64,000 bases of DNA from Acidimicrobiales bacterium (GCA_049281195.1 JBAPRR010000428.1:8267-72266); one strand, 5' to 3'. Positions 17,211 to 26,992 are shown, counted from the stretch's first letter. Program-made: numbers and translations. The notes: generated by a model from the sequence alone, not told the origin.

Positions 17211-18880
17211 GGGTCCGAAAACGAGTGGTCTCCTTTTCGCGCAACAGCCTCCCCGCCCTGGTTGGTGGCTTCGGGCTCGCTCTTTCGATCCCGCCGTGGG
17301 GATTCTGGATATTGGCGTTTCCCGGAGCGGCGCTGTTGTGGTGGAGGCTCGGCGGAGGACTCAACCCTGACGAGCCGCCGCGCCTTCGCTCCAGGTTGTG
17401 GCTCGGCTGGGTCGCCGGAATAGGGCTCTACGGACCGGGACTTTTCTGGGCAACTTCGTTCAATCTGTATGGCGGGATCATCATGATCCTCATCGAGTCG
17501 TTAGCGCTCGGCCTCGCATGTGCAGCCTGTGGAACGGGACGAGGAAGGCTCCTAGCTCTACCCGGGGCGATGATCTTGGCCGAGTGGTTGCGCGAAATAT
17601 GGCCGTTCGGCGGACTTCCATTGGGGGGAGTTGCTCTTGGCCAGGTGGCCGGACCCCTGGGGGTGGCGGCCCGTATCGGCGGACCCCTGTTGCTTACCGG
17701 TCTTGTGTGGCTGGCCGGAGCGGGGCTCGGATCGCTCGTCATGGGCCTGATCGGGAACCGACGCAGTACCCGCCCAGGACCAAGCGGTACGGCATCGGGC
17801 AACACAGAGGACGCCTGCGCCATAGACGCCGACGGCATAAGCGGACGAATCGACACCGATACGCCTGCAACTGGACACGATCGCAAGAAGTTGACCGCGG
17901 GAGTGATCGGCATCGCTGTGGTCGTCGTGATCTGCGCCTATGGGGTGGTTGCACCGAACGGAGGCCCGTCTCTGAAGACGCTGCACGTCGCTTCGGTGCA
18001 AGGCGGAGGAACCAGAGGCCTTCGAAAGGCTCAGGTCAATCCGCAGATCGTCTACGACGCGCAGTTGGAAGCGACCGCGGAGCTGTCCGAACCGAAGTAC
18101 TCATTCGGAAAGAAATACGGCGATGCACCCGACGACAATCTCGTCGTGTGGCCGGAGGACGTCGTGTCGCTCAACGGTCCTCTCGTCGGGACGACGACCC
18201 AGGGCCAGCTGGCACAGATCGCTCGTAGCGTGGGTGCCAGCCTGCTCGTCGGGGTCACCTACACGGTCACTCCTTCGACATTCAGGAACGAAGTGGTGGC
18301 ATTCGCTCCGTCTGGTTCGATCGTCGGAACCTACGAAAAGGTCCACCGCGTTCCGTTCGGTGAGTATGTGCCTTACCGCGGCTTCTTCAAACATTTCGCC
18401 AACCTTTCCGGCGTTCCGCAAGATGCGATTCCGGGAACACGCCCGGGGTACATCCGGACACCAAGTGCACCGGTGGGTTTGATGGTCTCTTACGAGGTTT
18501 TCTTTGCGGATTCCGGACGATCCGCAACCCGCGCAGGAGCGGAGCTGCTGGTCGTCCCGACGAATACGTCTTCATATTCGACGAGCCAGGTACCCACTCA
18601 GGAGGTGGCTGCAGCGCGTCTCCAGGCGATCGAGGAGGGCCGCGATCTCATTCAGACTGCACCCACCGGATACAGCGCGATCATCAACAACGACGGGCAG
18701 GTTCTACAACGGTCCGTTCTCGGTGCGCGACAGGTTCTCATCGCAAATGTCTCTCTCAGAGATGGCGCAACTATCTACGAAAGAATCGGTGATCTGCCGA
18801 TCTTGTTGCTAGCCCTTTTGTGCCTGATCCTCGGGTGGGCACTCGATCTGGCCAAGCGACGCCCGCGGGCTCAGTCGTAG
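17207..18880 (+). CDS. lnt: Apolipoprotein N-acyltransferase homolog (Lnt; CN-hydrolase domain) with Ser at the nucleophile position
   Basis: Polytopic N-terminal domain plus a CN-hydrolase domain with VVWPEDVV (Glu) and YEKVHRVPFGEYVP (Lys). It reads GLMVSYEVFF where Lnt has xCYE. GTGA overlap with the hemY stop. Confidence 0.8.
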   Translation: MRVRKRVVSFSRNSLPALVGGFGLALSIPPWGFWILAFPGAALLWWRLGGGLNPDEPPRLRSRLWLGWVAGIGLYGPGLFWATSFNLYGGIIMILIESLALGLACAACGTGRGRLLALPGAMILAEWLREIWPFGGLPLGGVALGQVAGPLGVAARIGGPLLLTGLVWLAGAGLGSLVMGLIGNRRSTRPGPSGTASGNTEDACAIDADGISGRIDTDTPATGHDRKKLTAGVIGIAVVVVICAYGVVAPNGGPSLKTLHVASVQGGGTRGLRKAQVNPQIVYDAQLEATAELSEPKYSFGKKYGDAPDDNLVVWPEDVVSLNGPLVGTTTQGQLAQIARSVGASLLVGVTYTVTPSTFRNEVVAFAPSGSIVGTYEKVHRVPFGEYVPYRGFFKHFANLSGVPQDAIPGTRPGYIRTPSAPVGLMVSYEVFFADSGRSATRAGAELLVVPTNTSSYSTSQVPTQEVAAARLQAIEEGRDLIQTAPTGYSAIINNDGQVLQRSVLGARQVLIANVSLRDGATIYERIGDLPILLLALLCLILGWALDLAKRRPRAQS

Positions 18881-19362
18881 TAACCCGAGTGGATATAGAT
18901 GCAGGGAACCCCTTCTGCACGAAACATGTCCCTGTTGCGGGGATCATCTTCGAACGAGAGCTGAAGGTCAAAGCCGTAGTCACGCAAGTCATGCACCGCA
19001 CGTCTCTTGAAGGACGACACCTGTGCGTAATCCCCACGGTCGCGCATGACAAGAAGGTCCCAGCGCAGTCGGTAGTGGTGCAGCCACGCGAGAGTCTGAG
19101 GCATCACCCGAAACGGCCTACCGGTGAGAAGGACTATCCGCAGGGCGGGCTCGAGAAGTCCGAGCAGATGGGCCACGTCCTCGACAAGAGGATCTTCGCC
19201 GCAAGCCTCGAAGAACGCGTTCCAATCCTGCCTTCCGGATTCGATGAAATGCTGGCGCCCGGCGGCATCGGACAGAACCCCGTCGATGTCGAAGACGACC
19301 GTGCGTCCCGGCTCGACGGGATCGGTGCGCCAGTGCCAGTTGGGGTGAATTTGATCGAACAT
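18871..19362 (-). CDS. HAD-superfamily phosphatase
   Basis: Motif I VVFDIDGVLSD, motif II LLTGR, Lys motif SFKRRA, acidic motif SFEDDPRN. ATG at 19362; the longest ORF extends to 19479. Confidence 0.65.
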   Translation of the reverse strand: MFDQIHPNWHWRTDPVEPGRTVVFDIDGVLSDAAGRQHFIESGRQDWNAFFEACGEDPLVEDVAHLLGLLEPALRIVLLTGRPFRVMPQTLAWLHHYRLRWDLLVMRDRGDYAQVSSFKRRAVHDLRDYGFDLQLSFEDDPRNRDMFRAEGVPCIYIHSGYYD

Positions 19363-19601
19363 ACCGCTACGGGAGTCCGACTCAGACCGGGCGATGACGC
19401 GATCCGATCCACCACGTCTCGAGTCTCCCGTCACATTCCGCAGCGTAGGTCGAGCAGACCGCAGCCGAGAGTGAGGCAATTGCCCGGACTATCAACCGAC
19501 ACTGTCGCTTTCGAGGCGACACCCATTCTGTTTTTGCATTCGGGCCTGATCACCTGTGTGGAAGCGGGTAAGGGGCTCGACAATGGCAGGATTGAGGGTG
19601 C

Positions 19602-22600
19602 ATGTCTGACCTGAGCCTCGCTGCCCGGGGGGTCGTTGGCATTTCGGGCACAGAAGAGCTCGAAGAGGTACTGCTGGTACCCGAAAGCCAGACCGATCCC
19701 CGAACGATCGAAGCAGAGATCGGGATAGGCCGCAGGGTGGTAGTTCTCGCCAATCTGGGCCTCGCTCCTGACGCCTCTCCGGTCTCATTACAAGCCGGGT
19801 CAGTCGTTGCCGATGCCCTCGACTCCTGGCAGGGGCCGGGAACGGTTGTTATCGCGGGGAACTTTCTGGATCTCCGGCGATGCCAGGACGCCGACAGCGG
19901 CGTTACTGCGCAACCCGATGCCGACGCTTCCACGACCAAACAGGCCCTCGACACTCACTCGCGACTCAGCAAGTCGCTTCGCGACTTCGCGTCAGGGCCT
20001 GAGAGGCGTCTGATCTGCCTGCCCGGGAGCACCGACTCAGCGATACAGACGGACCCGCAAGTGAGGGCGGCCATCGAGAAGCTCGGCGCCAACGTCGCAC
20101 CGGCAGTCGACCTCGTGTGCGAAACCACGGCAGGGGCGAAACGGGTGAGGGTGCTCCCCGGTCCTGTGTCGGGAGCAAAGGGTGATGATTTTGCGACTTC
20201 GCCGGAGCCCGAGCCCGAAGTCGGTTGGCAAGGCGGGATGGATCGCCTGGCGGACGCCTCGGCGCTCGAACGTCTGGTCAAGTCACGAACCGTCTACCGA
20301 TGGCTGAGCGGTCACGCGTGGCTGTTCGCAATTCCGTTCCTGATTGTCCTCGTTCTGAGCCTGCCCGCGACGTCGTGGGTCTTCAGCCACGTGCTACCGA
20401 CACATCCGGGGCCCGTTAAGGCCCTACACCGCGTGCGCGACACGCGCCTCGGCGCCAGGCTGCTGGTAGCTGTTCTGGTAGCGATCGTCGAGATCGCGGC
20501 GGCCGGCATAGTCCTGCTCTTCGTTGGCAGGAGACGCTGGTCACGCGTCGGTGGAGAACGCCTGGAGCGGGTGTTCGGGTTCGACGAATTCCATTCAGGG
20601 GCCACGGGCAACGACGAAGCTCGCGACACTGCGACAGCCCTTGTCTCTGCCGGATATGCCGGTGTCGTATCGGGCGCCACGCTTCAGGCGGAACTGACTC
20701 ACTTGGGAACCGGGTTCTTCGCATGCCCCGGGACCGCCGGTGAGGTGGTCGAGGAGTATCCCGGCCGGATGGGCCTCCCTCCTGTTTTCCTCGCGCACCG
20801 ACAGGTCGCCTGGGTGGAGCTCGAAACGGGAGCCGATCTTCACGCCCGACTCCTTTTGGCTCGATCCGACATCCCGGCGGCGACACTCCTCGAGCGCATC
20901 GCTGCACGGCATCATGCGGAACACGAGACAACCCCGGTCGTGGTCGCTGCCCACCCGAGCGGCGGATCGTGGCCACCGGCCCCCGACCTCTCCTCGACCA
21001 GAAGGCGCTCGCGCAGAGCACGTCGACTTGCGTCAGTTTCCATTGCGATCGCCGGTCTGCTCGACCTCATCACTTCGGTAACCCCTCCACTTAGAAGTCA
21101 CTTGCACCTGGTGAGGCAGGTACTTCCTCTTGGTGCGACCCAGGCCGCGGGTGCCCTGGTGGCACTTGCGGGGCTTGGCCTTCTTGCTCTGGCAAGAGGG
21201 GTCCGGCGCGGACAGCACAGGGCTTGGGCTATTTCCGTAGGAGTCCTCGCGAGCACCCTCGTGCTTCACATTGCACGAGGAGCGGACATAACCGCATGGG
21301 TCGTCTCAGCGGTCGTTCTGGCCATACTTCTGGTGTTCCGCCAGGAGTTTCAAGGTGCTTCCGACCGTCCGTCCCTACGGTCGGCGATCATCGCTCTGGT
21401 CGGAGGAGTCGTAGGTATCACCATCGTCGCGACGATCGCGGCTCAAATTGCGATGCTTCTGCATCACGACCGTCGCGTGAGTTTCTGGACGACCGGCGAA
21501 GCCGTAGCGGAGCGCTTGGTGGGCGTTCAGACGATTGTGTTGCCGAAAGGCCTGAACGGCTTCCTTGCACCAAGCCTGGCCACGATCGGGGTGAGCCTCG
21601 CCGCCATAGCCCTGTGGCTGGCTACGCGGCCTGTCGTAGACAGACACACCACTGGGCGATCCGCAGAGGCCAGAGCGCGCGACATCGTCCGGCGCCACGG
21701 AGCCGGCACGCTCGACTATTTCGCCTTACGGAGCGACAAGAAGCGCTTCTTTCATCGCGACAGCGTGGTGGCTTACGCCATCTACGGAGGTGTTTGCCTG
21801 GTCTCTCCTGACCCGATAGGTCCTCTGACTGAGCGGGCACAGACATGGGCCGCGTTCCGGAGATTCGCCGACAGTCGTGGATGGGTGCTCGCGATCATGG
21901 GTGCTTCGGAAGAGTGGCTGCCGATCTACAGGGCGACCGGCATGCACGAGATCTATATCGGCGATGAGGCGGTCGTAGACGTCCAGAAGTTCTCGCTCGC
22001 CGGGGGACACATGAAGGGACTCCGGCAGGCCGCGAACCGCATCGCCAAGTACGGCTACACGGCAACATTCCACGATCCTGCGACCCTCGACCAGACAACC
22101 GGAGCAAAGCTCGCAACTCTGATGGCGCAGAGCCGCCGCGGCGAGATGGAGCGCGGTTTCTCCATGACGCTCGGCCGCATATTCGATCCCAGAGACGAGG
22201 GGCTCGTTCTGTGCGCGGTGTGGGCACCGGACGGGACTCCTGCGGCGATGTGCCAGTTCGTCCGGGCATCGGGAATCGGCGGCTACTCACTGGACCTGAT
22301 GAGGCGCGATCGCGGTGAGCACCCGAACGGCCTTGTCGACTTCGCACTCGTTTCGACGATTGAGTACCTGCGCGAGAAGGGAGCGCGCGGGCTCAGTCTC
22401 AACTTCGCCGCGATGCGCTCGATCCTCGATGGGGAACGCGGCGACGGCGTGGCCCAGCGAGTCGAACGCTGGGCACTCAAGAAGATGTCCTCGTTTCTCC
22501 AGATCGAGACCCTTTGGCGCTTCAACTCGAAGTACGGACCGTCGTGGATTCCCCGCTATATCGTCTACGACACTCCGGAGCACCTGGTACCCGCAGTGCT

Positions 22601-22733
22601 TGCCATTCTTCGGGCCGAGTCGCTGTGGGAGGTGCCGGTCATCGGCAAGATGCTCGGCGCAGCGGAGCGCAGGATTCACACCGATCCGGAGGACCCCGTC
22701 TCACAAAGGATCGGAACAGAAGATCTCGCGTAG
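19602..22733 (+). CDS. MprF-like aminoacyl-phosphatidylglycerol synthase/flippase family protein with an extra N-terminal region
   Basis: The C-terminal about 330 aa matches the DUF2156/LPG-synthase C domain (RHGAGTLDYFALRSDKKRFF...YSLDLMRR...KGARGLSLNFA...RFNSKYGPSW), preceded by multiple TM helices. The N-terminal about 440 aa is additional. Confidence 0.75.
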   Translation: MSDLSLAARGVVGISGTEELEEVLLVPESQTDPRTIEAEIGIGRRVVVLANLGLAPDASPVSLQAGSVVADALDSWQGPGTVVIAGNFLDLRRCQDADSGVTAQPDADASTTKQALDTHSRLSKSLRDFASGPERRLICLPGSTDSAIQTDPQVRAAIEKLGANVAPAVDLVCETTAGAKRVRVLPGPVSGAKGDDFATSPEPEPEVGWQGGMDRLADASALERLVKSRTVYRWLSGHAWLFAIPFLIVLVLSLPATSWVFSHVLPTHPGPVKALHRVRDTRLGARLLVAVLVAIVEIAAAGIVLLFVGRRRWSRVGGERLERVFGFDEFHSGATGNDEARDTATALVSAGYAGVVSGATLQAELTHLGTGFFACPGTAGEVVEEYPGRMGLPPVFLAHRQVAWVELETGADLHARLLLARSDIPAATLLERIAARHHAEHETTPVVVAAHPSGGSWPPAPDLSSTRRRSRRARRLASVSIAIAGLLDLITSVTPPLRSHLHLVRQVLPLGATQAAGALVALAGLGLLALARGVRRGQHRAWAISVGVLASTLVLHIARGADITAWVVSAVVLAILLVFRQEFQGASDRPSLRSAIIALVGGVVGITIVATIAAQIAMLLHHDRRVSFWTTGEAVAERLVGVQTIVLPKGLNGFLAPSLATIGVSLAAIALWLATRPVVDRHTTGRSAEARARDIVRRHGAGTLDYFALRSDKKRFFHRDSVVAYAIYGGVCLVSPDPIGPLTERAQTWAAFRRFADSRGWVLAIMGASEEWLPIYRATGMHEIYIGDEAVVDVQKFSLAGGHMKGLRQAANRIAKYGYTATFHDPATLDQTTGAKLATLMAQSRRGEMERGFSMTLGRIFDPRDEGLVLCAVWAPDGTPAAMCQFVRASGIGGYSLDLMRRDRGEHPNGLVDFALVSTIEYLREKGARGLSLNFAAMRSILDGERGDGVAQRVERWALKKMSSFLQIETLWRFNSKYGPSWIPRYIVYDTPEHLVPAVLAILRAESLWEVPVIGKMLGAAERRIHTDPEDPVSQRIGTEDLA

Positions 22734-22883
22734 CGCGAGCCAGGTATGGCTACATGTTGCGCAAACTGGCGGCCGGCCACAAAGGTCCCCGCTTTCGGCC
22801 ACGAGCACGCGAACCTCTCTATAGGCCCCCGCCTGTGGCCTGCGTTCGAATGAGAACCCTGACCATCCTGTTATTTTTGAGCC

Positions 22884-24380
22884 GTGATCGATCTGCCCCT
22901 GCTCCTCGATATGGCCGTATCGAACGACCCCGGTCGGACTGCAGTGACCGGTCCGGATGGCCGGAGCCTCACGGGCCTTCAGCTCTCGGAAACGGCTAAG
23001 GCTGCTTCATCTCTCTTCTCGACGCTTGAAGGAACACACATCGGGTTTTGTGGAACCAGCGGCGTTGCATTTCCGGTGTCACTGTTCGGCGCTTCTATGG
23101 CGGGCCGGCCCTTCGTTCCATTGAACTACCGACTGGGAGATGATCAGCTCGGCCTGATCATCCAATCCCATGATCTCGCTGTCGTTGCCGATCCGGTCCA
23201 AGCCGTGCGACTCAGGAATCTCGGTGTGGAACGCATCTTGGAAGTTGATGAGCTTCTGGGCGCCTCGTCCGCAGCCAGCCTGGAATCACCGTTGTCGCCG
23301 GTCAGTCCAGATGACGTTGCGCTCGTGCTCTATACGAGTGGTACTACTTCGAGGCCCAAGGCCGCGATCCTCCGTCATCGGCACCTGACGACCTACATCT
23401 TGAACACCATCGAACTCGGAGCCTCGACTCCCGAAGACGCCGCGTTACTGGCCGTTCCGCCGTACCACATCGCTGGCGTCATGAACCTTCTATCGAACCT
23501 CTATATGGGCCGCAGGATCGTTTACATGAGCGACTTCGACGCGGCACGATGGCTCGATCTGGTGGAGAGCGACGCAATAACCCACGCCATGCTTGTCCCT
23601 ACGATGCTCTCGCGGATCGTGGCCACGCTTGGAGACTCTCGCGTACAAAACACCAGTCTTCGCACCATTTCCTACGGTGGCGCAAAGATGCCGATGCCCG
23701 TCATCAGAGCCGCCCTCGAACTGTTCCCGGCGGTCGACTTCTCGAATGCTTACGGACTCACAGAGACAAGCTCAACTGTTTCGGTTCTGGGCTCGGAGGA
23801 TCACCGGGTCGCCTTTCAATCCGACGATCCAGTCCTAAGAGCGCGCCTCGGGTCCGCAGGTCAGCTTCTGCCAGGCGTTGAGGTCGAAATCCGTGACGAT
23901 CATGGAACTGTCTTGCCAACCGCAGAGACCGGGGAGATTTTCGTCAGAGGTGAACAGATCGCCGGTGAGTACCTGGAAGGCAGTCGGTTAGATGACAAGT
24001 GGTTCGCAACCCGCGATCGGGGCTACATCGACAGTGACGGATATCTCTTCATCGAGGGTCGTGCAGACGACACGATCATCCGAGGTGGAGAGAACATTGC
24101 CCCTGCAGAGATCGAGGACGTCTTGCGAGAGCATGGAGACGTCGTTGATTGCGCGGTGGTTGGTATCGACGACGAAGAGTGGGGTGAGAAGGTGGGGGCT
24201 GCGGTCGTGCTGGCCCAAGGAGCGAAATCATCACCGGAGGATCTGAAGGCGTTTGCACGTCTTCACCTGAGGACCTCTAAGACTCCGGACTCGATCGTGA
24301 TCGTCGATGCTTTGCCATTCACGGAAACGGGAAAGCTTCTCCGACGCAAGGTGCGTGAGGAAGTATTCGGCCAGCTCTGA
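22884..24380 (+). CDS. AMP-dependent acyl-CoA synthetase/ligase
   Basis: AMP-binding motifs LYTSGTTSRPKAA, YGLTETS and GYIDSDGYLFIEGRADDTIIRGGENI. GTG start. Confidence 0.88.
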   Translation: MIDLPLLLDMAVSNDPGRTAVTGPDGRSLTGLQLSETAKAASSLFSTLEGTHIGFCGTSGVAFPVSLFGASMAGRPFVPLNYRLGDDQLGLIIQSHDLAVVADPVQAVRLRNLGVERILEVDELLGASSAASLESPLSPVSPDDVALVLYTSGTTSRPKAAILRHRHLTTYILNTIELGASTPEDAALLAVPPYHIAGVMNLLSNLYMGRRIVYMSDFDAARWLDLVESDAITHAMLVPTMLSRIVATLGDSRVQNTSLRTISYGGAKMPMPVIRAALELFPAVDFSNAYGLTETSSTVSVLGSEDHRVAFQSDDPVLRARLGSAGQLLPGVEVEIRDDHGTVLPTAETGEIFVRGEQIAGEYLEGSRLDDKWFATRDRGYIDSDGYLFIEGRADDTIIRGGENIAPAEIEDVLREHGDVVDCAVVGIDDEEWGEKVGAAVVLAQGAKSSPEDLKAFARLHLRTSKTPDSIVIVDALPFTETGKLLRRKVREEVFGQL

Positions 24381-24594
24381 GCATGGCTCGGCGAAGGCAG
24401 GGCCATCTCTGGACGGCGGAGGAGAGATCGCCCGAAAGAGGCCGCGGCCACGAGGCTCCCGACGACCAGTTCGTCACCGCTCCACGATTTCCGGTCCCCC
24501 GCCGCGGCGGGCGATGCCCGTTCGAAACTCGCTGCACACCCCAATGGTCGGAGGAGCATCTGGTTCGTTCGGTCCTGAATTCAAGCGCAAATCT

Positions 24595-24634
24595 ACGAAG
24601 GACCCGGCCTCCCATAAGAGGCCGGGTCCTTCGT
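24595..24634. terminator. Bidirectional intrinsic-terminator-like hairpin between convergent genes
   Basis: Perfect 17-bp stem ACGAAGGACCCGGCCTC / GAGGCCGGGTCCTTCGT with the 6-nt loop CCATAA. A second small hairpin (24639-24658) is followed by a T-rich run. Confidence 0.7.
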
Positions 24635-24678
24635 GTTCAGTAAGTTCTAGGACTTACTTTTCGCTCTTTGCCTTTGAG

Positions 24679-26127
24679 TCAGTTGTTGCCATCACCGTCG
24701 GTTGTGGTGATTCGGCAGTAGCCGTCGTCACCCGAAGGCGTTGGCTCCGCTGCCGCATATCCCGCGTCATACCCCGACTGAGAGGGGTCCGGCGGAGTCG
24801 CAATCGACCCGTCACCCATATTGCCCTCGGGGATCGGGAAGAAACCGTTGGTCGTAATGATCGATTGAATCTCCTGTCCGTACGTTTGACCGGTCGGACT
24901 AATCGGGTCAGTCACCGCAAAGCTCGACGGGTTGCAGAGGAACCCGTACGTGCCGACGAAGTTCTGCACCGCCTGACTCGTTACGGGTGGTAACGATCCC
25001 GAGTTCGCGAAAGGAAGATTCGCGTTCGAGCCGTCCGAGTAGACGTTGTAGAGCTGACGGTCCGTGAAGTAGGAGCCGTTCTGGATTGTCGTCTGGTCAG
25101 CGGTGACACCGTTGATCTCTCCGAGTTTTGACTTGGACCCCTTTCCGGGACCACTCGCCGGCTCTCCCACGCATTTGCCACTCGGGCAAAGGATCGAGTA
25201 CTTCCCGTAAGAGAAGAAGAAGATCGCGTTGCATGCGACGTCCTGGCTGAAGGCGTCAGGGTTGGAGAAGATGTCACTGACCTCGTTCTCGAAGATCTCG
25301 AAGTCGCTGACGGGCAACCCCAACCTTGTGGCCGTTGCGGAAGCACCACCGTAGGGGTACGAACCCGAAAGCCCGAGATCCGTTGCCCATGTCGATTCCG
25401 TGCCGGAACCAGACTGCGCAATGAAGACGTCGATCGGAGCGCTTGAGCCACCTACTGTCGACCAGTTAGTGGTGTTGCCCTCGTAGATGCTCGCCAGCTG
25501 GGTGTTCGTCAAGCTCGTGATGGTCTTGGACGGCGTCGACGTCGATCCGGTGCTGCAGGTCGTGCCCTTGACCGTCGTGAAGTGGAACCACGGAACTGCG
25601 TCTTCTGCATAGGCGACGAAGTTCAGGCCACTCTTGTCAGGCGTGGAGCCTGTGGTGATAGCTGCTCTTGACGAACGCGCGAAGTCGACCTGAGCGATTT
25701 CGTTGTTAGGAGGACTGGTTGGAGTATCGGCCCCCTCAAGCTCGAGCTCCTTGATGCCGTTGCCGGAGCCCAGAGCAGATTCCTGCCAGACGACGTCGTT
25801 GTAAGGGTTCAAAGGAGGAGTAAGGGTATATCCGTTCTCCCCGCCAGTCGCTGCGGTCGAGTAGCTCGACGCACAGGCGTAGTTGAGCTCTTGGTTGTTG
25901 CTGTTCGCCGTAAGCAGGTTACAGCCCGGCGAGGAGTTGTAGAGGTCCGACAACTGCTGCATCATCGCGTAGGTCGTGTAAGACCCACCGCCGTTGAGCA
26001 CAGTGTTGGCCGGAGCCACGGTCGTAGCACCGGCGGGTACTGCCGTCGCAAGAACAATCATTGATGCCGCAACTGCGGCGCTCAACACGACGGCTCCCCT
26101 CCGGTACCTCCGAAGCATCATGCGCAT
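24679..26127 (-). CDS. Secreted PstS-family (PBP_like_2) substrate-binding protein, paralog 3
   Basis: Signal peptide MRMMLRRYRRGAVVLSAAVAASMIVLATAVPAGA, then NGGGSYTTYAMMQQL and DFARSS-type PstS-like strings. ATG at 26127 is preceded by AGGAGG. No C-terminal anchor. Confidence 0.65.
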   Translation of the reverse strand: MRMMLRRYRRGAVVLSAAVAASMIVLATAVPAGATTVAPANTVLNGGGSYTTYAMMQQLSDLYNSSPGCNLLTANSNNQELNYACASSYSTAATGGENGYTLTPPLNPYNDVVWQESALGSGNGIKELELEGADTPTSPPNNEIAQVDFARSSRAAITTGSTPDKSGLNFVAYAEDAVPWFHFTTVKGTTCSTGSTSTPSKTITSLTNTQLASIYEGNTTNWSTVGGSSAPIDVFIAQSGSGTESTWATDLGLSGSYPYGGASATATRLGLPVSDFEIFENEVSDIFSNPDAFSQDVACNAIFFFSYGKYSILCPSGKCVGEPASGPGKGSKSKLGEINGVTADQTTIQNGSYFTDRQLYNVYSDGSNANLPFANSGSLPPVTSQAVQNFVGTYGFLCNPSSFAVTDPISPTGQTYGQEIQSIITTNGFFPIPEGNMGDGSIATPPDPSQSGYDAGYAAAEPTPSGDDGYCRITTTDGDGNN

Positions 26128-26268
26128 ACTTTTGAGCCTCCTTGGTTGGCAATTCGCGTGGACGGGCCGCGACCACCTGTCGCAGGCATGGCTGTCCACG
26201 AGGCGCACGTTACGAAGCGAAAGTGAACTCCACGTGACTGTTTGGTCCCATGAAGGCAAACTCTTGTC

Positions 26269-26302
26269 AATTACTAGGTGCACGTAATTACTAGGTGCAA
26301 TC
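26269..26302. promoter_or_regulatory. Two tandem 17-nt direct repeats (AATTACTAGGTGCAnnn) in the AT-richer region upstream of PstS paralog 3
   Basis: AATTACTAGGTGCACGT and AATTACTAGGTGCAATC read directly, about 140-175 nt upstream of the start at 26127. A regulatory role is inference only. Confidence 0.3.
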
Positions 26303-26473
26303 AACGCCTTTTGCGCCACACACTTGAAGCCACACGTTCAACGTTTCTCCCGTTCGCAACATAAAATTCTTTCGATTCCACTCCATACCGTCACGTCGCA
26401 GTACGCAGTTCAACGGTGGCATGGGCCAACGACTGCAGGGAAGCTGCGGGAAGCGCCGCTCCTGAAAGGTGCC

Positions 26474-26992
26474 TCAGCTGCTGGTTGGGGTCGTTAACGG
26501 AGTCGGGTACTGAAGAACCAGCAATCCGTGGAAACCCGAGGCTGAATGGTAAGTATTGCTTCCCCCGAAATTTGGTTTCCATACAAAGGACCAATGCGGT
26601 GGAATGGTCTGCGAACTAACCGGTATGTGGTCGAATACGACCTTTTGGGGCACCGAACTGAGGTTTATCCAGGTCACGGCCACTTGGTCATTGGCGTAAA
26701 GGGTTTCGGGCCAAAAGCCACTTGATTCGATCAGGATCGTATTTCCGGAACCCTGATCCTGCGTTATTGGAATGTCATGGTTGTTGCCTTCTCCAGGCTT
26801 GGTGGTAGGAGTGCTCGGAGGGGCGACCAATTGTCCTTGCGGATACGGATTGGTCGTGCTCGTCGTACTGCCGGTGCCCCCGTTTGTGGTCGAAGTCGTC
26901 GAGCCAGAGGCCTTACCGGAACTTCCGCCGCAGGCAGAGATGCAGCTTACGAACGTGATTACTGCCAAAAGGACGCCGAGGCGGCGCAACAT
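26474..26992 (-). CDS. Lipoprotein with a cupredoxin-like domain (copper ligands apparently not conserved)
   Basis: Lipobox VSCISAC-G, a Ser/Thr/Gly linker, then FWPETLYANDQVAVTWINLSSVPQKVVF...YHSASGFHGLLVLQ. This resembles the cupredoxin pattern F.P..l.v..G..V.W.N.D..PH ... Y.C..H..M.G, with Gln and Ser at the ligand positions. Confidence 0.45.
   Translation of the reverse strand: MLRRLGVLLAVITFVSCISACGGSSGKASGSTTSTTNGGTGSTTSTTNPYPQGQLVAPPSTPTTKPGEGNNHDIPITQDQGSGNTILIESSGFWPETLYANDQVAVTWINLSSVPQKVVFDHIPVSSQTIPPHWSFVWKPNFGGSNTYHSASGFHGLLVLQYPTPLTTPTSS

Noticed and set aside
19480-19601. Small hairpin (TGTCGC-TTTCGAG-GCGACA followed by a T-run) upstream of the MprF-like gene as a terminator or riboswitch
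   Set aside because: The stem is only 6 bp, the orientation is ambiguous, and no conserved riboswitch core was recognised.
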